Source: Patescibacteria group bacterium
Lineage (GTDB): Bacteria; Patescibacteriota; Patescibacteriia; Veblenbacterales; UBA10138
DNA length: 64,000 nt
Assembly (NCBI GenBank): GCA_018817715.1
Contig: JAHITT010000004.1
Span: 125,784 to 189,783, forward strand
Direction of reading: 5' to 3'
Part shown: piece by piece, positions 39,301 to 47,311 of the stretch
Position numbering within the stretch: the stretch's first letter is position 1
Layout of the letters: every line of letters begins with the position of its first letter
Program-made: the position numbers and the translations under genes
Notes under the pieces: generated by a model
The model's database searches: none
Told to the model about the DNA's origin: nothing
What the model saw: the letters and a program-made list of their open reading frames with translations, nothing else

Positions 39301-40731
39301 AATAATCCAATTAGGATCTATTAAATGATAATAAGGGTTGGTTTGATTAACGTCGTTATTTAAATAAGGTTGGCCAAAATTAGATAAGACTTCATTCAAG
39401 GTAACACCCCGTGAGCCAACTTTTTGCGTAGCCAATTCCCAACCCAAAGGCAAAATCCTGGCCAAACGTAATTTTTTAATATCTGAAAGATACCAAGCAT
39501 CCGGTGTTCTAATATTACGCGGCCTGTCCAATTTAAACACCCAATTACCATTAAGCAATCCAGCGTCCACGGCTTCCTGAACCGTTACTGCTTTACCTTC
39601 TTGAGCCTGACGTAAGGCTCTTTCGAACTTGGAATCAATTGTACAATTATTAAGCGCTGCATAATCCTGATTTTGTGGACAATTGGAAAATTCACTTATG
39701 ACATCAATTGCTTCACCACCAACTATCTGCGGCATAGCAATTAAAGTATTAATTTTTGTGGCGTAATCAGTACCGCTACCGAATTCAGCGGCAAAAATTG
39801 AACCCTTACCAATAGAAGCCGGATTAGGTATTTCTCCTTCCATTAATCTTTTTAATAAACGGGCGGCTAAGGTATTAGTAAAAGTTCCCAAAGCATCAGC
39901 CATAATATCGCCAGTAAACACTAAAGGCTCGGCCAAAGCTTGCTGAAACGACCAGTCCTTAGTATTAGCCACACTACGAGCCGGTGTTTTAATAAAACCA
40001 GTAATAGATTGAACTATATCTTTGTAACCCTGATTAGATGTTTGCTCTAATTTAGCCAGTTCTTTTTTAGTATTAACATCTTTAATTAAATTTTGCTGAA
40101 TATTTAAGGATACACCCAAATCATGTTGCTTGGGATCTAAAGAAACTTTAAAATTCTTTAAAAAATTCTTACGCTCTATTGGATCATTCAAAGCTTTGTC
40201 CCAATTATTTCTTAATTGGCTTAAGGTACACTTAGGTACTGGCGGTTTTTGCTCTTGAAAAGCTGTTAAGCCAATAATTAACTTAACCGAAGGAGCGCCC
40301 GGGCCACTTGGCTGACAAACATTAAAATTACCCCAGGCGTCGCCACTGGTTATACCATCTAAAAAATCTCCCGCCGCCGCATCACCAGCATCCTTAACTG
40401 ATTGCCCTAAATTTTTCCAAGTAAAAAGCGGAGTTTGACCAGTACCACCCGAAGCCAACATTACAGCCGCATCATAAGCTATTTTTTGCGTAAAAGTCCG
40501 GGCAGCATTCCTAAAACCAATAGCTGCCCCATGTTCCAAAGTCCAACTAACAGCTGACTGAACCTTTTCCCAAATAAAATTAGCTAATTTTATTGGGGCA
40601 CCCAAAATATCTGATACTGGAATCGCCTGAGCAGGCCGAGCTGTTAAGGTAAAACCTCCCAACAAAACAAAAATTATGGCAAAAATTGTTGCTATTTTTT
40701 TGAGTGTTTCCCAAAGGGAGTGTTTAAACAT
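30304..40731 (-). CDS. Giant (3475 aa) secreted Cys-rich surface protein with FN3-like and CBM-like domains
   Basis: Signal peptide (AQA-I), repeated GC..Y / C.....VGC modules, tandem 4-Cys repeats, FN3 motifs (LNWQDSSDNETGF.VYR, Y.VRAYN..G.S) and NGSFE...VYVDDVRL.E. Confidence 0.8.
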   Translation of the reverse strand: MFKHSLWETLKKIATIFAIIFVLLGGFTLTARPAQAIPVSDILGAPIKLANFIWEKVQSAVSWTLEHGAAIGFRNAARTFTQKIAYDAAVMLASGGTGQTPLFTWKNLGQSVKDAGDAAAGDFLDGITSGDAWGNFNVCQPSGPGAPSVKLIIGLTAFQEQKPPVPKCTLSQLRNNWDKALNDPIERKNFLKNFKVSLDPKQHDLGVSLNIQQNLIKDVNTKKELAKLEQTSNQGYKDIVQSITGFIKTPARSVANTKDWSFQQALAEPLVFTGDIMADALGTFTNTLAARLLKRLMEGEIPNPASIGKGSIFAAEFGSGTDYATKINTLIAMPQIVGGEAIDVISEFSNCPQNQDYAALNNCTIDSKFERALRQAQEGKAVTVQEAVDAGLLNGNWVFKLDRPRNIRTPDAWYLSDIKKLRLARILPLGWELATQKVGSRGVTLNEVLSNFGQPYLNNDVNQTNPYYHLIDPNWIIKAPLAQCRLQGSGQILEQQGSNRQDICVDTQNCVVENPDGTCASWGYCTKEKNVWRLGGDSCEFPRDSGQAPFASCQTFSSSGGGSASYLTNSLASFNDGNCTGATGCKWYSTAFNSLDTSLGRYDLNSRLYAKNIDRYSCSSNDEGCTALLRLSNISTSLTAAGANPVEKVVNQVTSQSGQDYSTYATTAEVYLKQAPDYLKCYDNDLKNDSPECAKYIGWCAAGEVGCELYTPLDGTPAVPGQPHPDYTCPGECVGYQAYEQQPTKLNPSDKSVKYFITKTAQTCPAEAVGCSEFTNVGLGEQKEYFTELRQCVQPGEGDRTYYTWVGSDLTGYQLKAWQLKFEATGPVTTDNSGDCRLSGSWPTSNPDCKQLYASDGQVYYRLASKTVTASSSCTRYRKTEGNQVDCLATGGNWENNACYYRAIPQEGKKCSVQYNGCREYKGPNANSVKLVFPLSTFGDKDSTARVTYDAAPSSGWYSGTPSNESTSAFGHSYDSGTDGAIYKDVVGSAVLGQQYLVSVWAKKSSLGLAETSSQVPAVTLTTNLPAKVSWSNQLVNSLIKANKLAWQNLFGNWTFISEAIAQTATVALQASPSVFDNTGFANAFSTNLSWSASTTATDAITVNIPGVLSTSFKADSRCFYAGSKTDNPCTNNDACRDLTPACVPQDFKCTSGLNINKTCSPTDNNFCQQPTATCNSVDYKCVGGPYNDSACNIANGNSDCRNTTATCVDNKCSNNNAIACVGTDTTPCRSTTALCQATKKICSNENTKICSLDSDCRYPSAQCLSTVSKCDSGFKSGQVCGVKDDCIDKTPVCQSAPTGPKSGTINVNLPTQSFSDGYTLPISKTYDLTVVYNGTTTVNRQAPVQVNNPPGKFNITVPVDGSSNQVLSPTIQWTSSLRANKYDISITGGTAYSTTTTATSFTVPGNILSANTNYTVRVIAKNDSSKTEEKTITFTTGSLAAKPFDIYSPADDPTTPEDEKKSMPLPFTVAWGASSDAVNYLVIIEQPYGTPVIWRALAKTELTMPVNVGAIKLGQATKIRVVAYNSAGTPTERAIEFITQVPPQAFATVDPHGSQDNYAKVNTNNPVLTWQRANYADKYDVQLMHYDDKSTLADGWQEIGRKNDVDRFTLSLPVAGLAASDFIGLEPGRTYAWRVTAKNLAGQTISDGGKFSYFLVDTFVAQAGSGTGFFSLPKDVGSNKNIQLPIAPTGLTASLAICSGDCPSGQYKATLNWQDSSDNETGFTVYRGDNGRAVKLIQVLPNAGAVSFPDLGVDPVDGQNKGLSLDGRFVYQVRAYNSGGESKGLTTVVSTPRTPTTPPGTGSGDPVVTNQGTVYLKMTLNGQPVAGGGAYSLNNNTAGSNIPITGLVIRSNQPSGDFNFIWRSGNPVGTSGATVYSVEANPGGSQTCIGNDCGPVNGILTDNGSLTYTVNYVSAAESSLNPQATINFNLPASELTNDWQLYTIGPVTLPTSANISQGVRVQLAAAGVRFVADNIAVQEVGDRFFLKKDSWTTPTSCQPNGDQLKYLGCRSYKDRQNRAYSFTGFSKLCRQEAVGCEALVDTKNSLSPQLQTVTVGGQTVTTAKDQVVYRIYDRTKQCSAQMQSCQRLGEPSFTAAGFLQGWSDKFMRLDPDNFAAGPTSPLCSKEQDRCQEYKAGNSTYYFKDPGSRTCEYKQLRAGQSYDWYKTGTTEPCNLLINGSFENFAGISGLKGSGQINDNTQDYFVGWERNGAGQEDGKGQLYAQGSLNGQYWGGSLLKVKATSDQQYSGVWSSHVTVEPKNQERLFLVSAQIYLPKEEVLQGSWSLSRHAYPKVGTGCGGGTCHHYEMVAGNPTIVVTDPKGVWLNRTYIIKTKPNIDTLSVGLITNEGSLRQTSTVYVDDVRLLELPNSLTNDQAKEFLAVPYAYTCPAEASSCKAFQDNTLTNRTYYYLDNGKLDRSTCGGKVGEKDGCLLVTDLSLGGDLAWSAPLTYEQSRSQDNAQVAPLAPRGVCSSEPSRSCQKTADCLGDNVYCSFTQGQQPSANTILKVQRDRVCAEWLSCQTSTTITDSAGKPRELCYSLGRCNQASSGNAAGGCGNWLEPQSEQHPLDEADYIGRNTTWAGQDYTGYSIPGLCSLDAINSSSACAVSLASTKACRLYPEPDAPFPANVATWNSESKEAKLMSRAPGYKDANVCQPSTDPDENCECAYQRAVYKNGETRFYNYRSQPTDPINPVGEVCAGSLSGSEPCLEAKQEQSALKQITFAQGLKGYCLEKDSARKINNGADDACLTWLPIDVVQGEVSIYDDRPKAGFVSPGNQAMYYCAAARGLAQTTSKQSQLYYLDNPQPITFLPENARSVQGVPLAPSDVVTGPTTDCLYSPNASTAWDGKDKVCPNVGGQSFSLFGLTGIFSPAKTGQPFAPLIISGKVDYEMSFALSLGGLEKQLGGLDAIESIEIEGHFRKYGQTDSNNKRSRLIVSRYKLSDQVNRYSCDSDGKGLCSMTAVFNPNDPDKYLTLRINDKDPGGAADFYIVLKYTLREWCDVVAQVVSSNPNDVINNKAQTNRVNELSNYVVPQVGYTYATAGSKANHYLNAPFGAFVPSSTTFEYTGHLGPELEPTRVIPVAQYQPLISNEIQPYAPGVYGCSGAGGGSCSGWMCLAGVPDKDNPNITINKDKSLCDPAATGENRFCGYYDPTVHCDSSTGQPCPTQKTPFMCTGTSPALSLPTSSIGGVNLIKNLFVKFYNTFNWDTATAKYKALPKDPITFTIPIFNIPITLPGGSFDLSNQTIPGVVEPQAPVIAGVSFDAKGKTMGQDAGAKVTVSYSGTSHTSEDIMGQSPLPITLSFYGYNPNGNQMPIRFVGVDWGINGALGKSRNIEVEASLRNHKPICQSPKVCIGTPTPCTTDKQCASGKTCLNNPAFNFGDSPEACVADQDNQVGYFFYTTTYTCSGKNNLNWDSTLQACVYKPGVALRDNWGWWAKDNGQYEDKLPSINTGFNWSARADYYPKRIIVKPKN

Positions 40732-40743
40732 GGTTTAATTTAA

Positions 40744-41457
40744 TTAAAAACCAAATAACTGTTTAACCGTAGCCTGCAAAGTAGTGTCATCTATTATATC
40801 TAATTCCTTAGCATCGGCGCCGCCAGCTATTAAAAACTGCCTTAATTCAGCACCGGACATTTTTTGTAAAAGCTCTTTTTCTTGATCCGTTAACTGAAGA
40901 CTGGTATCTAAAGCTCCGGCTGACCCTGTAGTTGCTTTATTTTCACCAGCCACTTGCTGATAAATATTAATTAATGTTTGGTCATTATATTTAGCCAACA
41001 TTTCATCAGTGGCGCCGTTATTCTTAAGCATTTGCCTAATTTCCTCGGGACTGGGCGCTGCTTCAACATCATAACCAGCGGTTTCTGATTGGCTAACTGG
41101 AGCCACAAATTTTAAACAATCCTGACCTTGAGGACAATTAGGATCACTACCATTATCCACTTCCGCTTTGTCATCTAAACCATCTGAATCAGTATCTTTT
41201 AAATAAAGACTAGTCCGGTAAAAATTTATTTCCTCATAATCAGACAAACCATCACCATCCGTATCACTAGCCCGTAAAACCGTTTCATTAGCTACTGTCA
41301 TTTGACTATCGTCATTGTAAATTTTGGGTGCAAAGGGCAATTTTATTGAATTACTAATCTGCCAAACTCCGAAAACTACTGCCAATAAAGCTATGGTGGC
41401 CAAACCCCAATTATGCCCAGTCGGCCCGTTTATTTCGGAAATATCTTGCTCGGCCAT
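40744..41457 (-). CDS. Membrane-anchored protein with Asp-rich (TSP3-like) Ca-binding repeats
   Basis: DTDGDGLSDYEE...DTDSDGLDD.AEV..GSDPNCP.G.DC. Confidence 0.7.
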   Translation of the reverse strand: MAEQDISEINGPTGHNWGLATIALLAVVFGVWQISNSIKLPFAPKIYNDDSQMTVANETVLRASDTDGDGLSDYEEINFYRTSLYLKDTDSDGLDDKAEVDNGSDPNCPQGQDCLKFVAPVSQSETAGYDVEAAPSPEEIRQMLKNNGATDEMLAKYNDQTLINIYQQVAGENKATTGSAGALDTSLQLTDQEKELLQKMSGAELRQFLIAGGADAKELDIIDDTTLQATVKQLFGF

Positions 41458-41609
41458 TGTTTTAAAAAATAATTTTTTGAAAAGATTTGGAATTAGCTAA
41501 ATCTCAAAACAAAAAATACTCTAAAAGATATCTGAATTATATCACATCAACACCCAAATGTCAAAAGCCTTCAAAAACAAAAATCCAGCTTCAAGAGTAA
41601 AAAAATGTT

Positions 41610-42485
41610 TTATAAAAACCGAATAACTAACTCCTTAGATAGCCCAATCCACTGCTCCAAAGATAATTCTTGAGGGCGAGCAGTTGTTTTTAAATTAACT
41701 TTATGAAGAGCTTGAGTGATAAAAGCTCTATCTAAAGCTAAACCAGCGCTTAAACTACCTACTAATTGCTTACGTTTGGTAGTAAAAGCTGTTTTAGCTA
41801 CTCGCCAAAAAAAATCTTCTGATAAACCGGCTAATAATTTAGTCTTGTCCTCAGCAGATTTAATATCCAGCCTAACCACAGCTGATCCCACTTTGGGTGG
41901 CGGTAAAAATGCGGCTGGGGTAACTTTCTTAAACACTTGTACCTGGGCATTAAGTTGAGCTTGCAAACCCAACAAGCTTAATTGGCCAGGTTTGGCTGCT
42001 AATCTATCCGCCACTTCCTTTTGTAAAAGCAAAACCATCCTACTGGGTTTAAAACTACCTGACAAAAATCGACGTAAAAAGGCACCGGATATTTCGTAAG
42101 GTAAATTAGCCAATAAAAACCAAGACTGGTTAATTGATAAATTAAGAGCTTGTTTTAATTCAGTATCACTAATTTTTAATATATCAGCCTCTACTACCTT
42201 AAAGTTAGTACTAAATTTTTTATAACCCTCTAAAATGCTTGCTAATTTTTTATCTAATTCCACAACTGTCAAATTAACTTTCTTCTCTAACAAAAATAAA
42301 GTTAAAGTGCCGAAACCGCCACCAACTTCTAAAACCGCTTGATTGGGTTTTAAATCAGCCACTGTTAAAACTTCTTCAATAACCGACCGATCAATTAAAA
42401 AATGTTGTCCCAAACGACGACCAGGTTTAAGTTGATATTTAGCAATCAAAACTTTAGTCCACTTTAACAAATTATCAGGTAACAT
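41610..42485 (-). CDS. rsmA: 16S rRNA m6,2A dimethyltransferase
   Basis: LGQHFL, VLEVG.G.G.LT, ANLPY.IS, QKEVA.R and F.PPPKV.SAVV motifs. Confidence 0.95.
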   Translation of the reverse strand: MLPDNLLKWTKVLIAKYQLKPGRRLGQHFLIDRSVIEEVLTVADLKPNQAVLEVGGGFGTLTLFLLEKKVNLTVVELDKKLASILEGYKKFSTNFKVVEADILKISDTELKQALNLSINQSWFLLANLPYEISGAFLRRFLSGSFKPSRMVLLLQKEVADRLAAKPGQLSLLGLQAQLNAQVQVFKKVTPAAFLPPPKVGSAVVRLDIKSAEDKTKLLAGLSEDFFWRVAKTAFTTKRKQLVGSLSAGLALDRAFITQALHKVNLKTTARPQELSLEQWIGLSKELVIRFL

Positions 42486-42512
42486 AATGGAATAAAAAAT
42501 TTAAAACACAAA

Positions 42513-43673
42513 CTACTTTAACAGCAAATAAAGTAATGACATAGCGGCGCCAGTTAACCAAGCGGCTGTCCAAGATTCACCAAAACTAAAAATCGCTAAA
42601 AGTATTAAGGCGGCTACGATTTTGCCAACCGATAAACTCATTTCAAAAAAAACACCTCCGGCCATAACCGAAGTCAGTTTTGATCGACGATAAGTAATAG
42701 ACATTAAAGGAATAATCACAGCATTTTTAGACACCCTCGACCAAGCATCCACCACAAAAACCGAAAAAGGTAAACGGGTGGCCAGTCGACCCAACCAGCT
42801 TAAAAAATAAACTAACACCGATAAACGTAAAACTTTTCCCGCATCTTGCTCGTCACTTAATTTACCAATATACAAAGTAACTAAAGCCATAACTAACGTC
42901 GAAGCGGCTACCACCGCACCGATTTCCGCATAATTAACTAAAACAACAGCTATAAAAACCGGCCAAAGCACCATAACAATAAGCTCTTCACCAAACCCAA
43001 TATAAGCTAATAAACGCCGCCAATTTTGCCGACCAAAAACTTGTTTATAAGTATCCCAATAAGAAAAATCCGTTGGTTTAAAAATCTCTTTAGTACGCAA
43101 CAGGGGCCAATTAGACAACAATAAAATAAAACTACCAATTATAAAAAGCCACAACCAAGAAAAAAAGGTTAACAACAAACCGGCCAATAAAGGACCCAGT
43201 ACATAAACCAAGGCTATACAAACCGACAACCCACTCAATTCCTTACCTTGTTCAGCAGAATCGGAATTATGGGCAAAATCTGCATGATAAGCCGGCCAAT
43301 ATAAACTCTTTTGTCCGGCATAAGCCACCACCGTAATAACCAACCACCACCAAGACCAAGCCGACAGAAACAAAGTCAATAAATAAATTGCTTGACTAAC
43401 AGTTGATAAAGCAATTGATGTTTCATAGCCAAAACGATTGGCCAGTTTGGCTCCCAGCGGCATAATCAAAACATATAAAACATAAACCGCTAGATAAAAA
43501 ATCAATATTCCTTTAAGCCCCAGTCCTTGTTGCCACAAATAAATCGGTTCAAAAATAATAATCATGGCCAAAGCCAATGATTGTAAAATAGTAGCCAAAT
43601 AAAGTTCCTTAACCTGCCTGGCTAAACGTTTAGGAAATAAACGACCAAAACTTAAAGCAAATTGATGAAGCAT
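42513..43673 (-). CDS. MFS transporter
   Basis: About 12 TM helices with GAKLANRFG and IGKLSD MFS loop motifs. Confidence 0.82.
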   Translation of the reverse strand: MLHQFALSFGRLFPKRLARQVKELYLATILQSLALAMIIIFEPIYLWQQGLGLKGILIFYLAVYVLYVLIMPLGAKLANRFGYETSIALSTVSQAIYLLTLFLSAWSWWWLVITVVAYAGQKSLYWPAYHADFAHNSDSAEQGKELSGLSVCIALVYVLGPLLAGLLLTFFSWLWLFIIGSFILLLSNWPLLRTKEIFKPTDFSYWDTYKQVFGRQNWRRLLAYIGFGEELIVMVLWPVFIAVVLVNYAEIGAVVAASTLVMALVTLYIGKLSDEQDAGKVLRLSVLVYFLSWLGRLATRLPFSVFVVDAWSRVSKNAVIIPLMSITYRRSKLTSVMAGGVFFEMSLSVGKIVAALILLAIFSFGESWTAAWLTGAAMSLLYLLLK

Positions 43674-43818
43674 AATAAAAGTAAAATCCTAAACCTTAAA
43701 ACTTAAATAATCTACAGCTATAAATAAATTCCCGAACTACTTACTACCAAATTAATTAATTTGGCTATTAAGTATTGATTGTAAATTTGTAATTTAATAT
43801 TGGGAATTAAAATTTTAG

Positions 43819-44442
43819 TTACTTATATCTTATCACATCCTCTATTCTGGCTAAGGAAATAGCCCCCCTCCTTAAAACTCGTAAGTGACCTTTACGTACT
43901 CTAACTACCGTGGAAACTGGCCTAATTGGTAAACGTCGACTAGCGACTAAATACTTTAAATTATTAGGCGCCAACTGTTTAGCTACTTCCTTATAATCAT
44001 ATAAAACAGGTTGTCCCGACAAATTAGCTGAAGTGGCGGTTACAGGACGACCTAAGCTTCCAGATAATTTACGTAACCAAGAGGAACTAGTTAAACGCAA
44101 ACCAATTTCTGCTTGACCAGCTAACAGCCGAGCTGGCCAAAAAGACTGCTGGGTGGGTAAAACCAAAGTTAAAGGTCCTGGCCAAAAAGCTTGAGCTAAT
44201 TTTAAAGACAAACTATCAAAATCAGCCCATTTTTTGGCCATGGCCAAAGTCGCCACGACCACTGGACAGGGTTTATGGGCGGGACGACCTTTAATATAAA
44301 AAATTTTTTTAAGAGCTGCTTGATTGGTGGCATCGGCCAATAAACCGTAAGCTGTTTCTGTTGGACCAGCCACCACTTGCCCTTTTTTAAATAAACTCAC
44401 CAGCTTAAGTATATCTAAATCAGTTTTGGAAAAAAATTCCAT
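43819..44442 (-). CDS. tsaC: L-threonylcarbamoyladenylate synthase (YrdC/Sua5)
   Basis: PTETAYGL, KGRP, FWPGPLTLV and TSANLSG motifs. Confidence 0.93.
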   Translation of the reverse strand: MEFFSKTDLDILKLVSLFKKGQVVAGPTETAYGLLADATNQAALKKIFYIKGRPAHKPCPVVVATLAMAKKWADFDSLSLKLAQAFWPGPLTLVLPTQQSFWPARLLAGQAEIGLRLTSSSWLRKLSGSLGRPVTATSANLSGQPVLYDYKEVAKQLAPNNLKYLVASRRLPIRPVSTVVRVRKGHLRVLRRGAISLARIEDVIRYK

Positions 44443-44460
44443 AAATTTAACCCTCAACCA

Positions 44461-46917
44461 TTAATCAATTACAAAATTTACTATTTTATCAGCCACATAA
44501 ATTGTTTTTTTGATTGTTTGGTTGGCTAAATATTTTTGTACACCCGGCAAAACCTTAGCCTGATTAATTATTTCTTCTTTAGATAAACTAACGGAACAAT
44601 TTAATTGCCCTCTTAATTTACCATTAACCTGAATGGCTAAAACCGTGGTTAATGTTTGTAAAGCAGCTGCCTGATAGGTTGGCCACACCTGCTCAGCCAA
44701 AGAACCAACCCACTTAAACTGACTCTGACTCAATTGCCATAATTCACTGGTAATATGCGGTGCCAACGGATAAAGCAAAATCAAAAGATTTTTAAAACCT
44801 TCCAAACGATTGTTTAATAAATTATTTTTATCTTCTGTTAAATAATTAGTAAACTCCATTAAACCACTAATAGCTGTATTAAAACGAAACGACTCTATAT
44901 CTTCGGTTGTTTTCTTTATGGTTAAATTCAATTGCCACTTGAATTCGGCTGATTGATCCGCTAAATCTGTTGGCACTATTTCTTTAGGCAATAAATTATT
45001 GCCCAAGTTCCAAATCTTTTCTAAAAATCTTCTTAAACCAACAATTCCCCGTTCTTGCCAAGGTTTAGCATCCTCCAAAGGACCTAAAAACATTTCAAAC
45101 AAACGTAAACAATCAGCGCCCCATTGTTCAATGACTTCATCAGGGTTAACAACATTATCAAAACTTTTAGACATTTTACGTCCATCAGCCGCTAAAATTA
45201 TTCCTTGATTTACTAGACGTAAAAAAGGTTCTTGATGATTAACCAAACCCTGATCATACAAAACTTTATGCCAGAACCTAGCATATAATAAATGCAAAAC
45301 GGCGTGCTCAGCACCACCTACATAAATATCAACTGGCGCCCACTTAGAAACTGCTTGGGAATCAAAAAGCTCCTGAGAATTATTAGGATCACAAAATCTT
45401 AACCAATACCAAGAAGAGCCCGCCCATTGCGGCATGGTATCTGTTTCCCGTTTAGCTGACTTACCACATTTAGGGCAAACTGTCTCAACCCAGTCAGTAA
45501 TTGTGGCCAAAGGCGATTCGCCAGTACCCGACGGCTGATAAAATTCTACCTCGGGCAAAGTTACTGGTAAATCCTCAACTGGCACTGGTACGGCTCCGCA
45601 AGATAAACAATGAATTATAGGAATAGGTTCACCCCAATAACGCTGACGAGAAAATAACCAATCTTTAAGTTTATAATTAACAGCTGGTTGACCTAAATTT
45701 TGTTTTTTTAACCAATCAGTTATTTGCTTTCTAGCCTGCTCGGAAGATAAACGAGTAAATTGTCCAGAGTCAACCAGGCGACCCTCACCTAAATAAGCCT
45801 TGCGGGCAGCTTGACGCACTGAAGAATCTGGCACAATGACTACTCTTTCTGGTAAACCAAATTTTTGAGCAAAAGCAAAATCTCTTTCATCATGAGCCGG
45901 CACAGCCATAACTGCTCCAGTACCATAAGAAGCTAAAACATAATCCGCTACCCAAATAGGCACTGGTTCATTAGTGGCTGGATTAATAGCATAACTACCC
46001 GTAAAAACTCCGGTTTTTTTTCTTTTAAAATCAGCCCGATCATACTCACTAACGGTTTTTACTTTTTCCACATAACGCCCAACCTCACTCCGTTGTTCCA
46101 ATTTTATTAATTTATCCAATTGAGCATATTCCGGAGCTACTACCAAATAAGTAACTCCAAATAAAGTATCTGACCTAGTAGAAAAAACTGAAATAAAAAA
46201 ATCATCATCTACTAATTTAAATTTAATATAAGCCCCGACTGAACGACCAATCCAATTGGCCTGCATAGTTTTTATTTTTGTTGGCCAGGTCAAAGAATCT
46301 AAATCGGCCAACAAGCGATCGGCATAATCGGTAATTTTTAACAGCCACTGTTTTTTTTGTTTTTTTATAATAATTGTCTGACAACGTTCACAAGCACCAT
46401 CAATTACTTCCTCATTGGCCAAACCAGTCTGACAAGAAGGACACCAATTAATCGGCACGACCGCCTGATAGGCTAATTGCTGGGCAAAAAGTTTTAAAAA
46501 AATCCATTGTGTCCAGCGGTAATACTGAGGATCAGAAGTAGCAACTTCCCTGGACCAATCATAAGAACAACCCAAACGCTTTAACTGCTGACGAAAACGA
46601 TTAATATTTTGTTCCGTTACTAACTTAGGATGAATCTTTTTTTTAATAGCGTAATTTTCGGCCGGCAAACCAAAAGAATCCCAACCCATCGGATGCAAGA
46701 CTTCAAAACCTTTAAGTCGAAAATAACGGCTAATAATATCAGCCGCCGTATAACTTTCCACGTGCCCAACATGCAAACCGGCTCCAGACGGATAAGGGAA
46801 CATATCCAAAATATACTTTTTGGGTTTAACTGAACTGTTGTCCGCCTGATAATAATTATTAGTTTGCCAGATTTTCTGCCACTTGTCTTCAACTAGTTGA
46901 TGATCATACTTAGCCAT
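44461..46917 (-). CDS. leuS: Leucine--tRNA ligase
   Basis: MFPYPSGAGLHVGH (HIGH), SRQRYWG, GGAEHAVLHLLYARF and KMSKS. Confidence 0.98.
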   Translation of the reverse strand: MAKYDHQLVEDKWQKIWQTNNYYQADNSSVKPKKYILDMFPYPSGAGLHVGHVESYTAADIISRYFRLKGFEVLHPMGWDSFGLPAENYAIKKKIHPKLVTEQNINRFRQQLKRLGCSYDWSREVATSDPQYYRWTQWIFLKLFAQQLAYQAVVPINWCPSCQTGLANEEVIDGACERCQTIIIKKQKKQWLLKITDYADRLLADLDSLTWPTKIKTMQANWIGRSVGAYIKFKLVDDDFFISVFSTRSDTLFGVTYLVVAPEYAQLDKLIKLEQRSEVGRYVEKVKTVSEYDRADFKRKKTGVFTGSYAINPATNEPVPIWVADYVLASYGTGAVMAVPAHDERDFAFAQKFGLPERVVIVPDSSVRQAARKAYLGEGRLVDSGQFTRLSSEQARKQITDWLKKQNLGQPAVNYKLKDWLFSRQRYWGEPIPIIHCLSCGAVPVPVEDLPVTLPEVEFYQPSGTGESPLATITDWVETVCPKCGKSAKRETDTMPQWAGSSWYWLRFCDPNNSQELFDSQAVSKWAPVDIYVGGAEHAVLHLLYARFWHKVLYDQGLVNHQEPFLRLVNQGIILAADGRKMSKSFDNVVNPDEVIEQWGADCLRLFEMFLGPLEDAKPWQERGIVGLRRFLEKIWNLGNNLLPKEIVPTDLADQSAEFKWQLNLTIKKTTEDIESFRFNTAISGLMEFTNYLTEDKNNLLNNRLEGFKNLLILLYPLAPHITSELWQLSQSQFKWVGSLAEQVWPTYQAAALQTLTTVLAIQVNGKLRGQLNCSVSLSKEEIINQAKVLPGVQKYLANQTIKKTIYVADKIVNFVID

Positions 46918-47311
46918 AAAAACTATAAGCTGTTAACTACTTAAGGCTGATATAATGCTAGCATCTTAAAACCACTTAAGACAAGACAAAAAAATAAAAT
47001 CAGAAATTACAAATTGAGTTAAACCGTCTTATGATGACAATTAATAATTCGCACCCTTTAATTCTAATTCTTGTTTGGTTACTTTGACCTAAAGCCTTAA
47101 AAATGTTATGTTATAGTTCACTTGTTTACTTTAAACCGCTTGGTGAAACGGTCGGAAAATCGGCCTTTTATTTTTGAACAAACCGCTGTAATCAAACGGT
47201 AAAAGGGTTAATACTATTAGTAAACATTTAATCATAATAATCTGGCATAAGGTTAAGCAAGTCGCCTGGCTTTTAAAAAAAATAAGCCCCTGGCTTAAGA
47301 AACCATTTAGC

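Noticed and set aside
15463-41457. Integrative conjugative element or prophage interpretation
   Set aside because: No relaxase, integrase, att repeats or phage structural genes were recognised. The locus is embedded co-directionally among core genes with similar composition.
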